Positions 16,266 to 27,385 of a stretch of 64,000 nt of DNA are shown piece after piece; positions within the stretch are counted from its first letter, which is position 1; every line of letters starts with the position of its first letter. The notes under the pieces are model-generated. The model saw only the letters and a list, made by a program, of their open reading frames with translations. It did not search any database and had not been told where the DNA came from. The translations under genes were made by a program, and so were the position numbers. Origin of the DNA: an uncultured Alphaproteobacteria bacterium (GTDB lineage Bacteria > Pseudomonadota > Alphaproteobacteria > HIMB59); the NCBI GenBank assembly GCA_902543855.1, contig CACBZW010000001.1, forward strand, positions 8,979 to 72,978. The letters are read 5' to 3'.

Positions 16266-16693
16266 TAAAAAACAATAAATATTAAAAAAACATATCTAGA
16301 TATCTTTGAAATACTTACTAATGTCAAAAAAGTTAAAAACCTTACTCTCAAAACGCCAGCTATAATTGTCAGGGGGTCACCAATAATTGGTACCCAGGCC
16401 AGTAGTAAAGACCAAATGCCGTATTTTTTGAAATAAATTTCACTTCTATCTATTTGCGTGTCACTTGCGGGAAACCACTTTTTATCTTTAAAAATTAATA
16501 TTTTTTTTCCTAAATACCAATTAACTGATGAACCAAGAACATTTCCAAAACTTGCAACTACCAAAAGTAAATATTTATCAAATGAGCCTGTTAATAGCAT
16601 TGTTGATAAAACTATTTCGGAAGATAGGGGAAGTATAGTAGCCGCGAGAAAACTAATAAGGATAAGTTGGAAGTATGAGATGAATATTATCAA
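16265..16693 (-). CDS. YqaA/DedA (VTT domain) membrane protein
   Basis: SFLAATILPLSSE; GNVLGS; WVPIIGDPLT. Confidence 0.88.
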   Translation of the reverse strand: MIIFISYFQLILISFLAATILPLSSEIVLSTMLLTGSFDKYLLLVVASFGNVLGSSVNWYLGKKILIFKDKKWFPASDTQIDRSEIYFKKYGIWSLLLAWVPIIGDPLTIIAGVLRVRFLTFLTLVSISKISRYVFLIFIVF

Positions 16694-16704
16694 ATCAATA
16701 TTAC

Positions 16705-17118
16705 TTATATGTAGGTTTCAGCCTTTAAAATATCTAATATTAACATAAACGTAAAATAACCTGCATTTATAAATACAATAAAACTAAACATATAAATAAT
16801 TTCCTTAGAGACGTTTTCACTTACAAAATTAGGAAAAAAATACTTTCCAAGAAGAAAACTTATTTCCGAATATATTACTGTTATTGTAGCAGCAATAAAA
16901 AGAACATAAGTAAATTTTCCAAAAAAATTTACAATTAATAAGCTAGCAAAAGTAATTAATAATAAAAAAAGAGATGAATATATTGACAAATTTGAAATTG
17001 TTAATTTTTGTTTATAAATTTTTCTTGTTAGGAGTAGTAAAAAAAAAATTATTGTTAATATTGATGATACTAAAAAAACCTTAGTGTTATAAAGAGAGTC
17101 TGAAAAAAAAATGTCCAA
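16705..17118 (-). CDS. Hypothetical membrane protein
   Basis: About 4 hydrophobic helices. Confidence 0.6.
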   Translation of the reverse strand: MDIFFSDSLYNTKVFLVSSILTIIFFLLLLTRKIYKQKLTISNLSIYSSLFLLLITFASLLIVNFFGKFTYVLFIAATITVIYSEISFLLGKYFFPNFVSENVSKEIIYMFSFIVFINAGYFTFMLILDILKAETYI

Positions 17119-17121
17119 AAA

Positions 17122-17214
17122 TTATTTTTTTCTAATTTTTCTGATAGTCATCACTGAAAGGAACAATACAAAAAATATTAAAGCAAATGCTCCAATTAAA
17201 AATATCCATTTCAT
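17122..17214 (-). CDS. Small single-TM protein (30 aa)
   Basis: MKWIFLIGAFALIFFVLFLSVMTIRKIRKK fills the gap between clpB and the next ORF. Confidence 0.45.
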   Translation of the reverse strand: MKWIFLIGAFALIFFVLFLSVMTIRKIRKK

Positions 17215-17249
17215 AGATTAATTATACAAATTTTACTTTAAGTTGGAAG

Positions 17250-19829
17250 TTATGATCTCAAAACTCTAAGGTTTTTATTGGCAATTACTAATCCATATTT
17301 ATCTTTGGAAAAAATTAATTTATCTTCAATATTTTCACCAATATCTAGAATTACCTCTGATAAGGGGTTTAAAACTTCATCTTGCAGTAATCTTTTCAAA
17401 GGCCTGGCCCCAAATAATGGATCAAAACCTTTTTCTTTCAAATAGTTAAAGGCTTCATCAGTAAAACCAATTGAAATACCTTTTGAAGATATTCTTTGTT
17501 CAATTAATTGAATTTGATTATTTAAAATCGTACTAATATTTTCTTTTGATAATTTGTTAAATAAAATTATGTCATCAATTCTGTTCAAAAACTCTAATCG
17601 AAAATGATTTTTTAGCTCTTCAAGAGCTAAGTTCTTTTTTGTTGTATAGTCAAAATTATCATCAACGGGGATTTGTGAGCCAATGTTAGAGGTCATGATG
17701 ATAAGAGTATTTTTAAAATTCACTATTTTTCCTTTAGAGTCTGTTAACCTACCATCATCTAAAATTTGTAGTAGAATATTAAATACATCAGGGTGAGCTT
17801 TTTCAATTTCATCAAACAAAATAACCTGATACGGGCGTCTACGCACAGAGTCAGTTAACTTACCACCATCATCGTATCCGACATAACCAGGCGGAGATCC
17901 AATAAGCTTACTCACTGAGTGTTTTTCCATGTACTCAGACATATCAAGCCTTAGCATTTGTTTTTCATTGTCAAAAACATACTCTGCTAGAGCTTTTGAT
18001 AATTCAGTTTTTCCTACACCTGTAGGTCCTAAAAAAAGGAAAGAACCTAAAGGTTTATCAGGATCTTGAAGACCTGCTTTTGAAATCTTAATTGCCTTAG
18101 ATACTTTCTCAATAGCATCTTGTTGGCCAATGACTCTTTTTTCTAAAAGTTTTTCTATGTTTATTAACTTATCTTTTTCGCCTCCGATAAGTTTTTCTAA
18201 AGGGATACCTGTCCACTTCGAGACCACACTTGCAATATCTTCAGCATTAATCACCTCATTTATGATTGTTGCCTGCTCTTTTTTATTTAATTCTTCATAC
18301 TCTTTTTGAAGACTAGGGAGCAAGCCATACATGATTTCACTTGCTTTTGTTAAATCACCACCTCTTTGAGCACCTTCAAGGTCCTCTTTTGCTTGATCAA
18401 TTCTTTCATTTAAATTTCTTTTTGTATCCAGAATTTTTTTTTCTGACTCCCAAGTACTATTGAGTATTTTTAGTTCTTCTTGTATATCTGAAATTTGACT
18501 TTCAATTTTTTCATTTTTTTTCTCATCCCTTTCACTGTCTTTTGAAAGAACGTTTTTTTCCATTTGAAGTTTGATAAGTTCTCTATCAAGTTGGTCTATT
18601 TCCTCAGGTTTACTATCTATTTCCATTTTGACTTTGCTTGCAGCTTCATCCATTAAATCAATCGCTTTATCAGGAAGAAAACGATCAGTTATATATCGAT
18701 CAGATAGTTGGACTGCTGATAAAATAGCCTCATCACTAATTCTTATTCCATGATGAATTTCATATTTTTCTTTTAAACCTCTTAAAATGGCTACAGCATC
18801 GGTTGAAGAAGGCTCATTAACAAAAACTGGTTGAAAACGTCTTGTTAAAGCTGCATCTTTTTCAAAATATTTTTTATATTCATCTAAAGTTGTTGCGCCA
18901 ACGCAATGTAATTCACCTCTAGCTAATGCTGGTTTTAGCATATTGGATGCATCCATCGCTCCATCTGTCTTTCCAGCACCAACAAGCGTATGAATTTCAT
19001 CTATAAATAAAATAATTGAGCCGTTTTGTTTATGAATTTCTTTCAAAACATTTTGAAGTCTTTCTTCAAATTCTCCACGATATTTTGCACCAGCGAGTAA
19101 TAATCCCAGATCAAGTATTCGAATAACTTTATTTTCTAGTGATCGTGGAACATCTTTATTTATAATTCTTTGAGCTAAACCCTCTATCAATGCAGTTTTA
19201 CCAACACCAGGGTCTCCAATTAATATTGGATTATTTTTAGTTCTCCTTGATAAAACTTGAATAGTTCTTCGAATTTCCTCATCTCTTCCAATAACCGGAT
19301 CTAACTCTCTTTTTTGTGCCTTTTGAGTAACATTGATTGTATATTTTTCTAAAGCATTGAAATTATCATCAGAATTTTCGTTTTCAGATTTTCCATCTTT
19401 CCTGAACTCTTGTATTTTAGTTTTAACTAATCCAAGACTGAGCCCATTTTTTTTTAATATGTTTTCAATTTGGTCATCAGATTTTATGCAACTTAAAAAT
19501 AAAGAGTCGATCGATACAAAAATATCTTGATTAGACTTTGCAATTTTTTCTGCACCTTCAAAAAGACTCAATAATTTAGGATCAGCATAAATTTGACTAC
19601 TGTTTGTGTTATTTACTTGTTCATTAGATAATAAACTAGAAATTGTTGTTTTAATGGTAACTGTGTTAATTTTCTCAAATATTTTATCTATTAATTCATG
19701 ATTGGAATTTAATAATTCGTTAAAAATATGAATAGGGGCAATTTTTTGATGTTTTTTACTTAAAGCTAAATTTTGTGCAGAATTAATAATTTTTTTTGAA
19801 CTATTAGTATATTTTTCAAAATTCATCAT
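17250..19829 (-). CDS. clpB: ATP-dependent chaperone ClpB
   Basis: Two AAA+ domains ([16 protein letters not shown]); coiled-coil middle domain. Confidence 0.97.
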   Translation of the reverse strand: MMNFEKYTNSSKKIINSAQNLALSKKHQKIAPIHIFNELLNSNHELIDKIFEKINTVTIKTTISSLLSNEQVNNTNSSQIYADPKLLSLFEGAEKIAKSNQDIFVSIDSLFLSCIKSDDQIENILKKNGLSLGLVKTKIQEFRKDGKSENENSDDNFNALEKYTINVTQKAQKRELDPVIGRDEEIRRTIQVLSRRTKNNPILIGDPGVGKTALIEGLAQRIINKDVPRSLENKVIRILDLGLLLAGAKYRGEFEERLQNVLKEIHKQNGSIILFIDEIHTLVGAGKTDGAMDASNMLKPALARGELHCVGATTLDEYKKYFEKDAALTRRFQPVFVNEPSSTDAVAILRGLKEKYEIHHGIRISDEAILSAVQLSDRYITDRFLPDKAIDLMDEAASKVKMEIDSKPEEIDQLDRELIKLQMEKNVLSKDSERDEKKNEKIESQISDIQEELKILNSTWESEKKILDTKRNLNERIDQAKEDLEGAQRGGDLTKASEIMYGLLPSLQKEYEELNKKEQATIINEVINAEDIASVVSKWTGIPLEKLIGGEKDKLINIEKLLEKRVIGQQDAIEKVSKAIKISKAGLQDPDKPLGSFLFLGPTGVGKTELSKALAEYVFDNEKQMLRLDMSEYMEKHSVSKLIGSPPGYVGYDDGGKLTDSVRRRPYQVILFDEIEKAHPDVFNILLQILDDGRLTDSKGKIVNFKNTLIIMTSNIGSQIPVDDNFDYTTKKNLALEELKNHFRLEFLNRIDDIILFNKLSKENISTILNNQIQLIEQRISSKGISIGFTDEAFNYLKEKGFDPLFGARPLKRLLQDEVLNPLSEVILDIGENIEDKLIFSKDKYGLVIANKNLRVLRS

Positions 19830-19851
19830 ATAATTTATTTGGTAATAATTT

Positions 19852-19959
19852 ATGAAGAAACAAGACCTAAAAAAAAAAATTTTTGGACAACAAAAAAAAG
19901 ATAAATTAGCTCAAAAATTAAGAGAAAATCTAAAAAAAAGAAAAAAAATTAAGAAATAA
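19852..19959 (+). CDS. Small basic protein upstream of murA (35 aa)
   Basis: MKKQDLKKKIFGQQKKDKLAQKLRENLKKRKKIKK; resembles the LxxxLRxNLxxRK peptide often seen before alphaproteobacterial murA. Confidence 0.5.
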   Translation: MKKQDLKKKIFGQQKKDKLAQKLRENLKKRKKIKK

Positions 19960-19963
19960 ATTA

Positions 19964-21220
19964 ATGCAAACGGTAGTTATAAAAGGTCCCTCAACCTTGA
20001 AAGGACAAATAAACATCTCCGGTTCAAAAAATGCCTCTTTGCCTATTATCATTTCGACTCTGTTGGCAAAAGGTGAGTGCCTTATTCATAATGTACCTAA
20101 CCTTAGAGACACAAGATTTTTAATATCAATTTTAAAAGATTTAGGTTGTGGAGTTGATTTTAAAAAAAACACTCTGTTTGTTAGAAGTTCTACTATTACA
20201 AAAAAATCTGCCGATTATGAATATGTTCGTCAAATGAGAGCATCTATTGTTATTTTAGGACCAGCGATTTCAAGATATAAAAAATTTAAAATAGCTCTTC
20301 CCGGTGGTTGCTCAATTGGCACTAGAGGAATTGATTTGCACTTAAATGCTCTAAAGTTAATGGGTGTAAAAATATCAATAAAAAATGGTTATGTTATAGC
20401 TGAGAGAAAGAAAAATAATTTAAACTCAATTGACCATAAATTTCCAAAAATTAGTGTAGGTGCAACACAAAATATTGTAATGGCAGCTAGTCTTGCGAGT
20501 GGAAAAAGTACGTTAAAAAATTGTGCCATCGAGCCCGAAGTCATAGATTTAATTAATTTTTTAAATAAATGTGGTGCTCTTATAAAAGTAAAAAACAGGA
20601 CAATTACAGTTAGAGGAGTAGAAGGACTAAAACTTAAAGATTACAAAGTAATACCTGACAGGATAGAAGCTGGTTCATATATTCTAGCAACTATGGCAAC
20701 AAAAGGGAGGCTTAAATTGAATAACTTTAATCCAAAAGACTTAGCTCTTCCTTTAAAACTTTACAAAGTAATGGGTTTAAAAATAAAAAAGCTATCTAAT
20801 TCCTCTTATGAAATTTATTGTAAAACACTTAAACCAATAAAAAAAATTTCTACTAAAGAATTTCCAGGATACCCTACAGATTTACAGGCTCAGCTAATAG
20901 CAACACAACTTAAGTCTGGTTTTAAGTCGAAAGTGGTAGAAAATATATTTGAAAATAGATTTATCCATATTCCAGAGCTGAGAAGATTTGGTGCCAATTT
21001 ATCAATCAAAGGAAAAACTGTAACAATAGACAAAACATCTAATTTATTAGGCGCAGAGGTCATGGCGACAGATATAAGGGCTAGTTTTTCCCTTATAATC
21101 GCAGCAATGATGTCTAAGGGAAAAACTGTAATAAATAGAATTTATCACCTTGATAGAGGATATGAAGATTTTGATTTAAAATTAAAAAAATGTGGCGTAA
21201 ACATTAGTAGAAAAAAATGA
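19964..21220 (+). CDS. murA: UDP-N-acetylglucosamine 1-carboxyvinyltransferase
   Basis: SGSKNA; MRAS; LPGGCSIG; PDRIEAG; HLDRGY. Confidence 0.97.
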   Translation: MQTVVIKGPSTLKGQINISGSKNASLPIIISTLLAKGECLIHNVPNLRDTRFLISILKDLGCGVDFKKNTLFVRSSTITKKSADYEYVRQMRASIVILGPAISRYKKFKIALPGGCSIGTRGIDLHLNALKLMGVKISIKNGYVIAERKKNNLNSIDHKFPKISVGATQNIVMAASLASGKSTLKNCAIEPEVIDLINFLNKCGALIKVKNRTITVRGVEGLKLKDYKVIPDRIEAGSYILATMATKGRLKLNNFNPKDLALPLKLYKVMGLKIKKLSNSSYEIYCKTLKPIKKISTKEFPGYPTDLQAQLIATQLKSGFKSKVVENIFENRFIHIPELRRFGANLSIKGKTVTIDKTSNLLGAEVMATDIRASFSLIIAAMMSKGKTVINRIYHLDRGYEDFDLKLKKCGVNISRKK

Positions 21221-21852
21221 AAAATCAAAATTTAATTATTGCCTGCCCAAAAGGTAGGCTTGAAGAAAAAGTTGTAAAATTTTTATCCGAAAAGGGCTTA
21301 AGAATAGAAGAGGCTTTCTTCAATGATAGTGTTAGAAAATTAACTTTTGATACAAATCTTAACGAGATAAAAGTAATTAAGTTAAAACCATCTGATATTC
21401 GATCATATATTACTCTAGGTGCAGCCGATATTGGTTTTGTTGGTTATGACGAGATTCTTGAAAATAGCTCAGAAAATATTGTTCTTTTAAAAAAGACTAA
21501 AATAGGAAAATGTAGAATATCTATAGCTTCAAATAAAAAAAAAATTAATTTTTCGGAAAAGAAAATTTTTAAAGTTGCAACAAAATTTAAAAATATCTCT
21601 GAGAATTACTTTAAAGATTTAAATATACAAACTGAAACAATAAAATTAAATGGTTCTATCGAGCTTGCAGTAAAATACGGAGTAGCTGATTTTATCTTAG
21701 ATTTAGTTCAATCAGGCAAGACATTAAAAGACAATCAGCTTTATGAAAATGTAGTAATAAACAATGACATCTCAACTGTAATAATTAGTAGCTATTTTGC
21801 ATACGATTTAAAAAAAAAATTTATAAAAAAACTTTTAATGCAAGGTTTATAG
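21217..21852 (+). CDS. hisG: ATP phosphoribosyltransferase, short form
   Basis: PKGRL; ATKF; LNGSIELA; DLVQSGKTL. Confidence 0.93.
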   Translation: MKNQNLIIACPKGRLEEKVVKFLSEKGLRIEEAFFNDSVRKLTFDTNLNEIKVIKLKPSDIRSYITLGAADIGFVGYDEILENSSENIVLLKKTKIGKCRISIASNKKKINFSEKKIFKVATKFKNISENYFKDLNIQTETIKLNGSIELAVKYGVADFILDLVQSGKTLKDNQLYENVVINNDISTVIISSYFAYDLKKKFIKKLLMQGL

Positions 21853-23123
21853 TGAAATTTGTAAATAAAAAATGGATTTTTGATAATCTCAACTCATCTG
21901 TAAATACAAATTCCACTATAAGTTTGACTGTAAAAAAAATTATACAGGACATAAAAAAAAATAAGGATGTAGCTTTATTAAAGTATGTAAAAAAGTTTGA
22001 GAACAAAAAAGCAAATTTAAAAAGTATAATAATTCCAAAAAAAACTTTAAAAGATGCTTATAATTCTCTTTCAAACGAAAGTAAAAAATCTCTTAAATTA
22101 GCTTACAAAAGAATTTTTTATTATCACTCAAAACAAAAAAAAACATCATATTCTTTCAAAGATCAACTAGACTCGAAGTTTTATATTGAATGGAAACCAA
22201 TTGAAAATGTTGGTTTATACATCCCCGGTGGGCTAGCTTCTTATCCATCAACTGTTTTAATGACAGTTATACCTGCAAAAATAGCCGAAGTCCCAAATAT
22301 TATGATTTGTGTTCCTTCTCGAAATGGTCAAACATCAAAACTTACTCTTGCAGCTGCATATTTATGTGGTGTAAATATTGTTTACAACGTTGGAGGTGCT
22401 CAAGCAATTGCAGCTCTCGCTTTTGGTACAAAAATTATAAAAAAGGCGGATAAAGTATTTGGCCCAGGAAATCAATACGTAGCTGAAGCAAAAAAACAAT
22501 TATTCGGGGTTATAGGAATAGATTTACCAGCTGGTCCATCTGAGGTCTTAGTAATAGCAAATAATAATTCTAATCCTACATGGATAGCCTACGATGTTCT
22601 CGCCCAAGGCGAACATGACCCTAATGCTAAAACGTATGTTTTATCTAAATCCAAAAATATTTTAATTAAAGTTAAAAATGAAATTAAAAGAATTATGGAA
22701 GAGACAAAATTTAAAAATGTTGAACAATCTATAAAAAATAATTGCAATTTAATTTTAGCTAAGAGTCAAAAAGAGATATATGATATTTCAAATTTCATTG
22801 CCCCAGAACATCTTCATATTCATGAAAAGTTTAATAAAAATATATTAAAAAATATAAAAAATGCTGGATCTGTATTTTTAGGTGAAAAATCTCCTGTAGC
22901 TTTGGGAGATTATACCATGGGAACCAACCATGTATTACCTACAGATCAAACTGCAAAATTTTCATCTGGTTTGGGTGTTGAGGATTACATTAAAAAAACA
23001 GTTTTTATTGATCCAAGAAAAAAAACACTTAAGAAAATAGCAAAACACACTATTAATCTTGCAAGGCATGAGGGTCTGGAGGCGCACGCTTTATCAGTTG
23101 AAATTAGAAAGATCAAACCATAA
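21852..23123 (+). CDS. hisD: Histidinol dehydrogenase
   Basis: GLYIPGG; GPGNQYV; AGPSE; APEHL; GTNHVLPT. Confidence 0.96.
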   Translation: MKFVNKKWIFDNLNSSVNTNSTISLTVKKIIQDIKKNKDVALLKYVKKFENKKANLKSIIIPKKTLKDAYNSLSNESKKSLKLAYKRIFYYHSKQKKTSYSFKDQLDSKFYIEWKPIENVGLYIPGGLASYPSTVLMTVIPAKIAEVPNIMICVPSRNGQTSKLTLAAAYLCGVNIVYNVGGAQAIAALAFGTKIIKKADKVFGPGNQYVAEAKKQLFGVIGIDLPAGPSEVLVIANNNSNPTWIAYDVLAQGEHDPNAKTYVLSKSKNILIKVKNEIKRIMEETKFKNVEQSIKNNCNLILAKSQKEIYDISNFIAPEHLHIHEKFNKNILKNIKNAGSVFLGEKSPVALGDYTMGTNHVLPTDQTAKFSSGLGVEDYIKKTVFIDPRKKTLKKIAKHTINLARHEGLEAHALSVEIRKIKP

Positions 23124-23139
23124 GATACAATAAAACAAT

Positions 23140-23361
23140 ATGTCCAAAGAAGATGCAATAGAATTTCAAGGTGTAGTTTCAGAGTTACTTCCTAATGCTA
23201 TGTTTAAAGTAAAGCTTGATAATGACCATGAAGTCATTGCCCATACATCTGGGAAAATGAGGAAAAATAGAATTAGAGTACTCGCAGGAGACCGAGTAAC
23301 AGTTGAAATGACACCATATGATTTAACTAAGGGCAGAATAACATTTAGGTCGAAGAGCTAA
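23140..23361 (+). CDS. infA: Translation initiation factor IF-1
   Basis: Canonical IF-1 sequence. Confidence 0.98.
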   Translation: MSKEDAIEFQGVVSELLPNAMFKVKLDNDHEVIAHTSGKMRKNRIRVLAGDRVTVEMTPYDLTKGRITFRSKS

Positions 23362-23389
23362 TGAATAATTTTTTAAAAGGAGCAATGCC

Positions 23390-24517
23390 ATGTCTACAAA
23401 ACTTATTGTTACAAACTATAAAAATTTTAAGTGCGGAGTTAAACTAAATGAAGGGGAATTGGTTAATATTCGCTTTCAACCCAACGAAGATGTTCAAATT
23501 GGTGATATCTATAAAGTAAAAATTATAGAAATTTTACCTAATGATAGTGGAGCATTTGTCTCTTATGGCAAAGGAGATCAAAGAGGTTTCTTTAAAAGAA
23601 TAAACTTTCCAAATGGCGATAAGGCGCATGAGGGACAATCTTTATTACTTCAAGTAAGAAGCATAGGCTCTAAAGATAAAGTTCATCTTTTTACAAATAA
23701 TGTCATTTTAACTGGTAAATTTATAAATTTATTACCATATGGTGATGAAATTATTTTAAGTAGAAGAACACGAAAAAATTTAGACACCAATCAACAAGAT
23801 AAGATTATGGATGCTCTAAGTGAGTCTGAAGTTGGATTGATAGCTAGGCATAATCTTATTCCTGAAAACATAGAAATAGCTCAATCCGAGCTTAGTGATT
23901 TAAATAATAAATGGAAAGATATAGAGTTAAATGCAAAAGAATTAAGCGACGAAGGTCTTGTTTTCCAAAATACATATTTTGATCAAAACTTTGTTTGTGA
24001 TTATTCTGATAAAAATACAGATCAAATAATATTTAGTGAAAAAGATCGGTTCGAAAAAGTAAAAAACTGGGATGAAAAACTAGACTCTACTTTTGCAAAT
24101 ATATGTGAAGAGATGTCACATGAACAAATTGAAGAGGTCTTTAACTTAGGTGAAAAAATTGATTATTTAATTGGTAATAATTACGATTTACCTAGCGGAG
24201 GCAATATAATGATTGGTAAAACAGATGCCCTCACTGCTATTGATGTTAATACAGGATCAGCTAAAAGATTTGATACAAATAGAGAAGCTATTCAATTAAT
24301 TTCAAAGCTTATAAAATTAAAAAATATATCTGGAAAAGTAGTTATTGACCCTGTAGCAAGCGATCAAAATACACTAAGAAAACTTGTAGGTATGTTAAAG
24401 AATGAATTCAGAGACGATTTAAGTATCACAAATGTTTATGGCTACACTAGGGGAGGTCTTTTAGAATTGAGCAGATCAAGAAACGATCGCTCTATTGACG
24501 AGTTAAGCCTTCAATAA
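23390..24517 (+). CDS. Ribonuclease E/G family protein (short)
   Basis: S1-like N-terminus; LPSGG; TAIDVNTG; GLLELSR. Confidence 0.8.
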   Translation: MSTKLIVTNYKNFKCGVKLNEGELVNIRFQPNEDVQIGDIYKVKIIEILPNDSGAFVSYGKGDQRGFFKRINFPNGDKAHEGQSLLLQVRSIGSKDKVHLFTNNVILTGKFINLLPYGDEIILSRRTRKNLDTNQQDKIMDALSESEVGLIARHNLIPENIEIAQSELSDLNNKWKDIELNAKELSDEGLVFQNTYFDQNFVCDYSDKNTDQIIFSEKDRFEKVKNWDEKLDSTFANICEEMSHEQIEEVFNLGEKIDYLIGNNYDLPSGGNIMIGKTDALTAIDVNTGSAKRFDTNREAIQLISKLIKLKNISGKVVIDPVASDQNTLRKLVGMLKNEFRDDLSITNVYGYTRGGLLELSRSRNDRSIDELSLQ

Positions 24518-24527
24518 AAGATAAAAT

Positions 24528-24603
<76 letters not shown>

Positions 24604-24679
24604 ATAGCGAATAATTTCTATTACAAATAAATTCTTTTTACTAGTAAAAATTAGCTATTATGTAATAGAGGAGTTTTAA

Positions 24680-25051
24680 ATGACAAATTTTGAAAAAGTA
24701 AGGTTATTTATGGAAACTTACGGTCAAGAAGTAAAAGATAAAGCTGACTTTAGTGATGCTAAGACTAACAAGTTGAGAATTGACCTTATCAAAGAAGAAT
24801 TAGAAGAATTAACTAATGCAATGCAGGATAAAAATTTACTTGAAGTGGCAGATGCATTGACGGACATACTTTATGTCACTTATGGAGCCGGTCATGCTTT
24901 TGGTATTGATTTAGATAAGTGTTTTGAGGAAGTTCAAAACTCTAATATGAGCAAATTAGGTGAGGATGGAAAACCTATATATAATGAGGCTGGAAAAGTA
25001 ATGAAAGGCCCAAATTATTTTAAACCAGACCTTTCAAAATATTTAAGTTAA
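24680..25051 (+). CDS. MazG-like/PRA-PH nucleoside triphosphate pyrophosphohydrolase
   Basis: EELEEL...EVADALTDILYV...SNMSK. Confidence 0.85.
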   Translation: MTNFEKVRLFMETYGQEVKDKADFSDAKTNKLRIDLIKEELEELTNAMQDKNLLEVADALTDILYVTYGAGHAFGIDLDKCFEEVQNSNMSKLGEDGKPIYNEAGKVMKGPNYFKPDLSKYLS

Positions 25052-25372
25052 TTACTTTGGCATATTTGTGGCACCAGTTTCTAAAGAAAAGATTTTACCA
25101 TCTTTGAAAGTGAATACTGCCATAACTGCCTGTGTGTTACCATCTGAAAAAGTTACAAATGAGTGTTCAATCCCAATTTCATCATTTTCATAAATAATTC
25201 GAACCTTGTCTCTATTAATATCATCACTCATTGCCCACTTTATAACATCTTGTTTAGTTAAAACTTTTCCAGAAGCATGCATTGTGAATTTATAATCATC
25301 ATGAAGCACCTCATTCATTCCAGCTTCATCTTTATTCATAAAGACCTCATCATATTTTTTTAATATTGACAT
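25052..25372 (-). CDS. NTF2/SnoaL-like protein
   Basis: LHDD...KDGKI pattern; 106 aa. Confidence 0.7.
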   Translation of the reverse strand: MSILKKYDEVFMNKDEAGMNEVLHDDYKFTMHASGKVLTKQDVIKWAMSDDINRDKVRIIYENDEIGIEHSFVTFSDGNTQAVMAVFTFKDGKIFSLETGATNMPK

Positions 25373-25385
25373 TTTTAATCCTTTT

Positions 25386-25688
25386 TTATTCGTCTAATGA
25401 GACTTGTGTTAATTCGAACAATTCGATGCTTTGTATACACTCATCATAAATTGGCTTCATCACAGGATTTGTCCCTTTAACGATACCCATCATTTCTTCT
25501 TCATTATGAACATGAACCTTAAACATGATACCGCTTTTATCAGGTAAAATTCCAGGAACTGTTTTTTCTACATGTGCTGCAGCTTTCCTCATTGCCATCC
25601 CTTCTTCAGATTGAAAAAAAGCCATAAATTTTTCAAATTTACCTTCACCTTCTTTTAATCTACCAATTGCTAACATCATTTTTTCCAT
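25386..25688 (-). CDS. Hypothetical protein
   Basis: AGGAG RBS; 100 aa. Confidence 0.7.
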   Translation of the reverse strand: MEKMMLAIGRLKEGEGKFEKFMAFFQSEEGMAMRKAAAHVEKTVPGILPDKSGIMFKVHVHNEEEMMGIVKGTNPVMKPIYDECIQSIELFELTQVSLDE

Positions 25689-25819
25689 TATTACACTCTC
25701 CTTTATTAAGTTTATTTTAGCTTATTATTTAAAAAAAAAATTAATTTTTTATTAACACATTATGCAAATAAATCATAATTAAGTTTCATCCAGCATAATT
25801 CAAAGTCGTAAATAAAATT

Positions 25820-26011
25820 ATGAAAACTATTTTTAAAATTGGTTCCAAAATTCATACACTTAAATATCAAAGAAAAATGTCAGAGGGTGAAGTAAAAAAA
25901 ATGAAATCCTTTGTTACATCAAAAGGTGTAAAGATAGAAAAAACAGGTATGTTTAAGATAATTGAAGTTAGTGATAAGATAGACTCTAGGACATACAAAA
26001 TTATTTTATAA
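25820..26011 (+). CDS. Small basic hypothetical protein
   Basis: 63 aa ORF. Confidence 0.55.
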   Translation: MKTIFKIGSKIHTLKYQRKMSEGEVKKMKSFVTSKGVKIEKTGMFKIIEVSDKIDSRTYKIIL

Positions 26012-26094
26012 AAATTACAAATTTAATGAAAGGGGGCGTTCTGTAGAACGACCACTAAATCATTATTAACAGAAAATATAGACTTTTGGAACTT

Positions 26095-26157
26095 CTTCGT
26101 AGAAACTTCGTAGTAAGTTTTATTATTTGTTGAATTTTTTGTTTTCACTCTTCGTAG
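26095..26157. repeat. CTTCGTAG repeats (left cluster)
   Basis: Copies at 26095, 26106, 26150. Confidence 0.75.
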
Positions 26158-26278
26158 AACAAGATATTAATATACCATCTTATAAAGAGATTATTAAAAA
26201 AAATATTAGTAACGAAGAACTTCAACCAAATATTTTCGATTTGTAGTTTTTTTGTTTATTAAACGATACATAACAACT

Positions 26279-27187
26279 ATGAAAAATCCAATTTTTGATG
26301 AATTAATAAAATTAAAACTAATTTCAAAATTGAATTTGATTACTTTAAGTAACAGAACTAGAGATAAAAAAATAAAGGTAATAAAAGATTTAAAAACTAA
26401 AATTATCTTTTTAGAAAAGTATATAACTACTAATGAGTATTACTCTTTATTAAAGTATAATGATGATGATAGAAAATTTTTAGATAAATCAATAAAAAAA
26501 ATAGCAAATGTAAAAACATCTTCTGGAAATATAAAAATCCCATTTATTGAAGATGATTATAGAAGAGCAGTTCAATTTGAAAAAAATTTAAAAAATAAGG
26601 ATATACTTGATTTTGGATGTGGATGGGGTGGTTTTTTAAGAAATGTAAAAAATTACAAATCTTTAAGCGGTATTGAATTAAGAAATGAATGTATCAACTA
26701 CATCCGGAAAAATATTAAAAAAATTGATATATCAGATAACTTAAATTCTTTTGATAAAAAATTTGACATAATCACAATGTTTCATGTTTTAGAGCATATT
26801 CCATATCAAATAAAAACTTTAAAACTTTTAAAATCAAAATTAAAAAATAAAGGAAAAATTATTATTGAAGTTCCTCATGCTGAAGATTTTTTAATTTTAC
26901 AAGAAGAATTAAAAGAATTTAAAAATTTTATATTTTGGAGTGAGCATTTAATTCTTCATACTTACAAATCTCTTAAATCTATTCTTTTGAAAGCAGGTTT
27001 TAAAAGTGTTAATATTCAATATTATCAAAGATATAATTTTTCAAATCATTTGGGTTGGTTTTTAAAAAGAAAACCAGGTGGTCATAACTTTTATAAAGAA
27101 ATTATAAGTGATAGTTTAAATTCATCTTATTGTGAAAATCTAAAAAAATTAGGTCAAACTGATACCTTAATCGCTATCGCAAAATAA
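26279..27187 (+). CDS. Class I SAM-dependent methyltransferase
   Basis: ILDFGCGWG; FHVLEH; IEVP; ATG 26279 preferred over TTG 26252. Confidence 0.88.
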   Translation: MKNPIFDELIKLKLISKLNLITLSNRTRDKKIKVIKDLKTKIIFLEKYITTNEYYSLLKYNDDDRKFLDKSIKKIANVKTSSGNIKIPFIEDDYRRAVQFEKNLKNKDILDFGCGWGGFLRNVKNYKSLSGIELRNECINYIRKNIKKIDISDNLNSFDKKFDIITMFHVLEHIPYQIKTLKLLKSKLKNKGKIIIEVPHAEDFLILQEELKEFKNFIFWSEHLILHTYKSLKSILLKAGFKSVNIQYYQRYNFSNHLGWFLKRKPGGHNFYKEIISDSLNSSYCENLKKLGQTDTLIAIAK

Positions 27188-27310
27188 ACTAAGGTCTTCA
27201 CATCACTTTACATATTATCCAACCAATCTCTTAAAAGTTTTTAGACCTCTCTAGCGTATTATAAATGAATTATTTAAAGTTAAAGATATCACTTAAAATT
27301 AGTTTTAAAA

Positions 27311-27338
27311 CTTCGTAGAAACTTCGTAATCTTCGTAG
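27311..27338. repeat. CTTCGTA(G/A) repeats (right cluster)
   Basis: Copies at 27311, 27322, 27331; 27311-27328 identical to 26095-26112. Confidence 0.75.
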
Positions 27339-27385
27339 AGAAGTTTTGATAAAAAATTATTGATATGATTAGAAAATTCTAAAAA

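Noticed and set aside
26095-27338. CTTCGTAG clusters as IS ends or CRISPR repeats
   Set aside because: They are direct rather than inverted, there is no transposase, and there are no spacers of CRISPR length.
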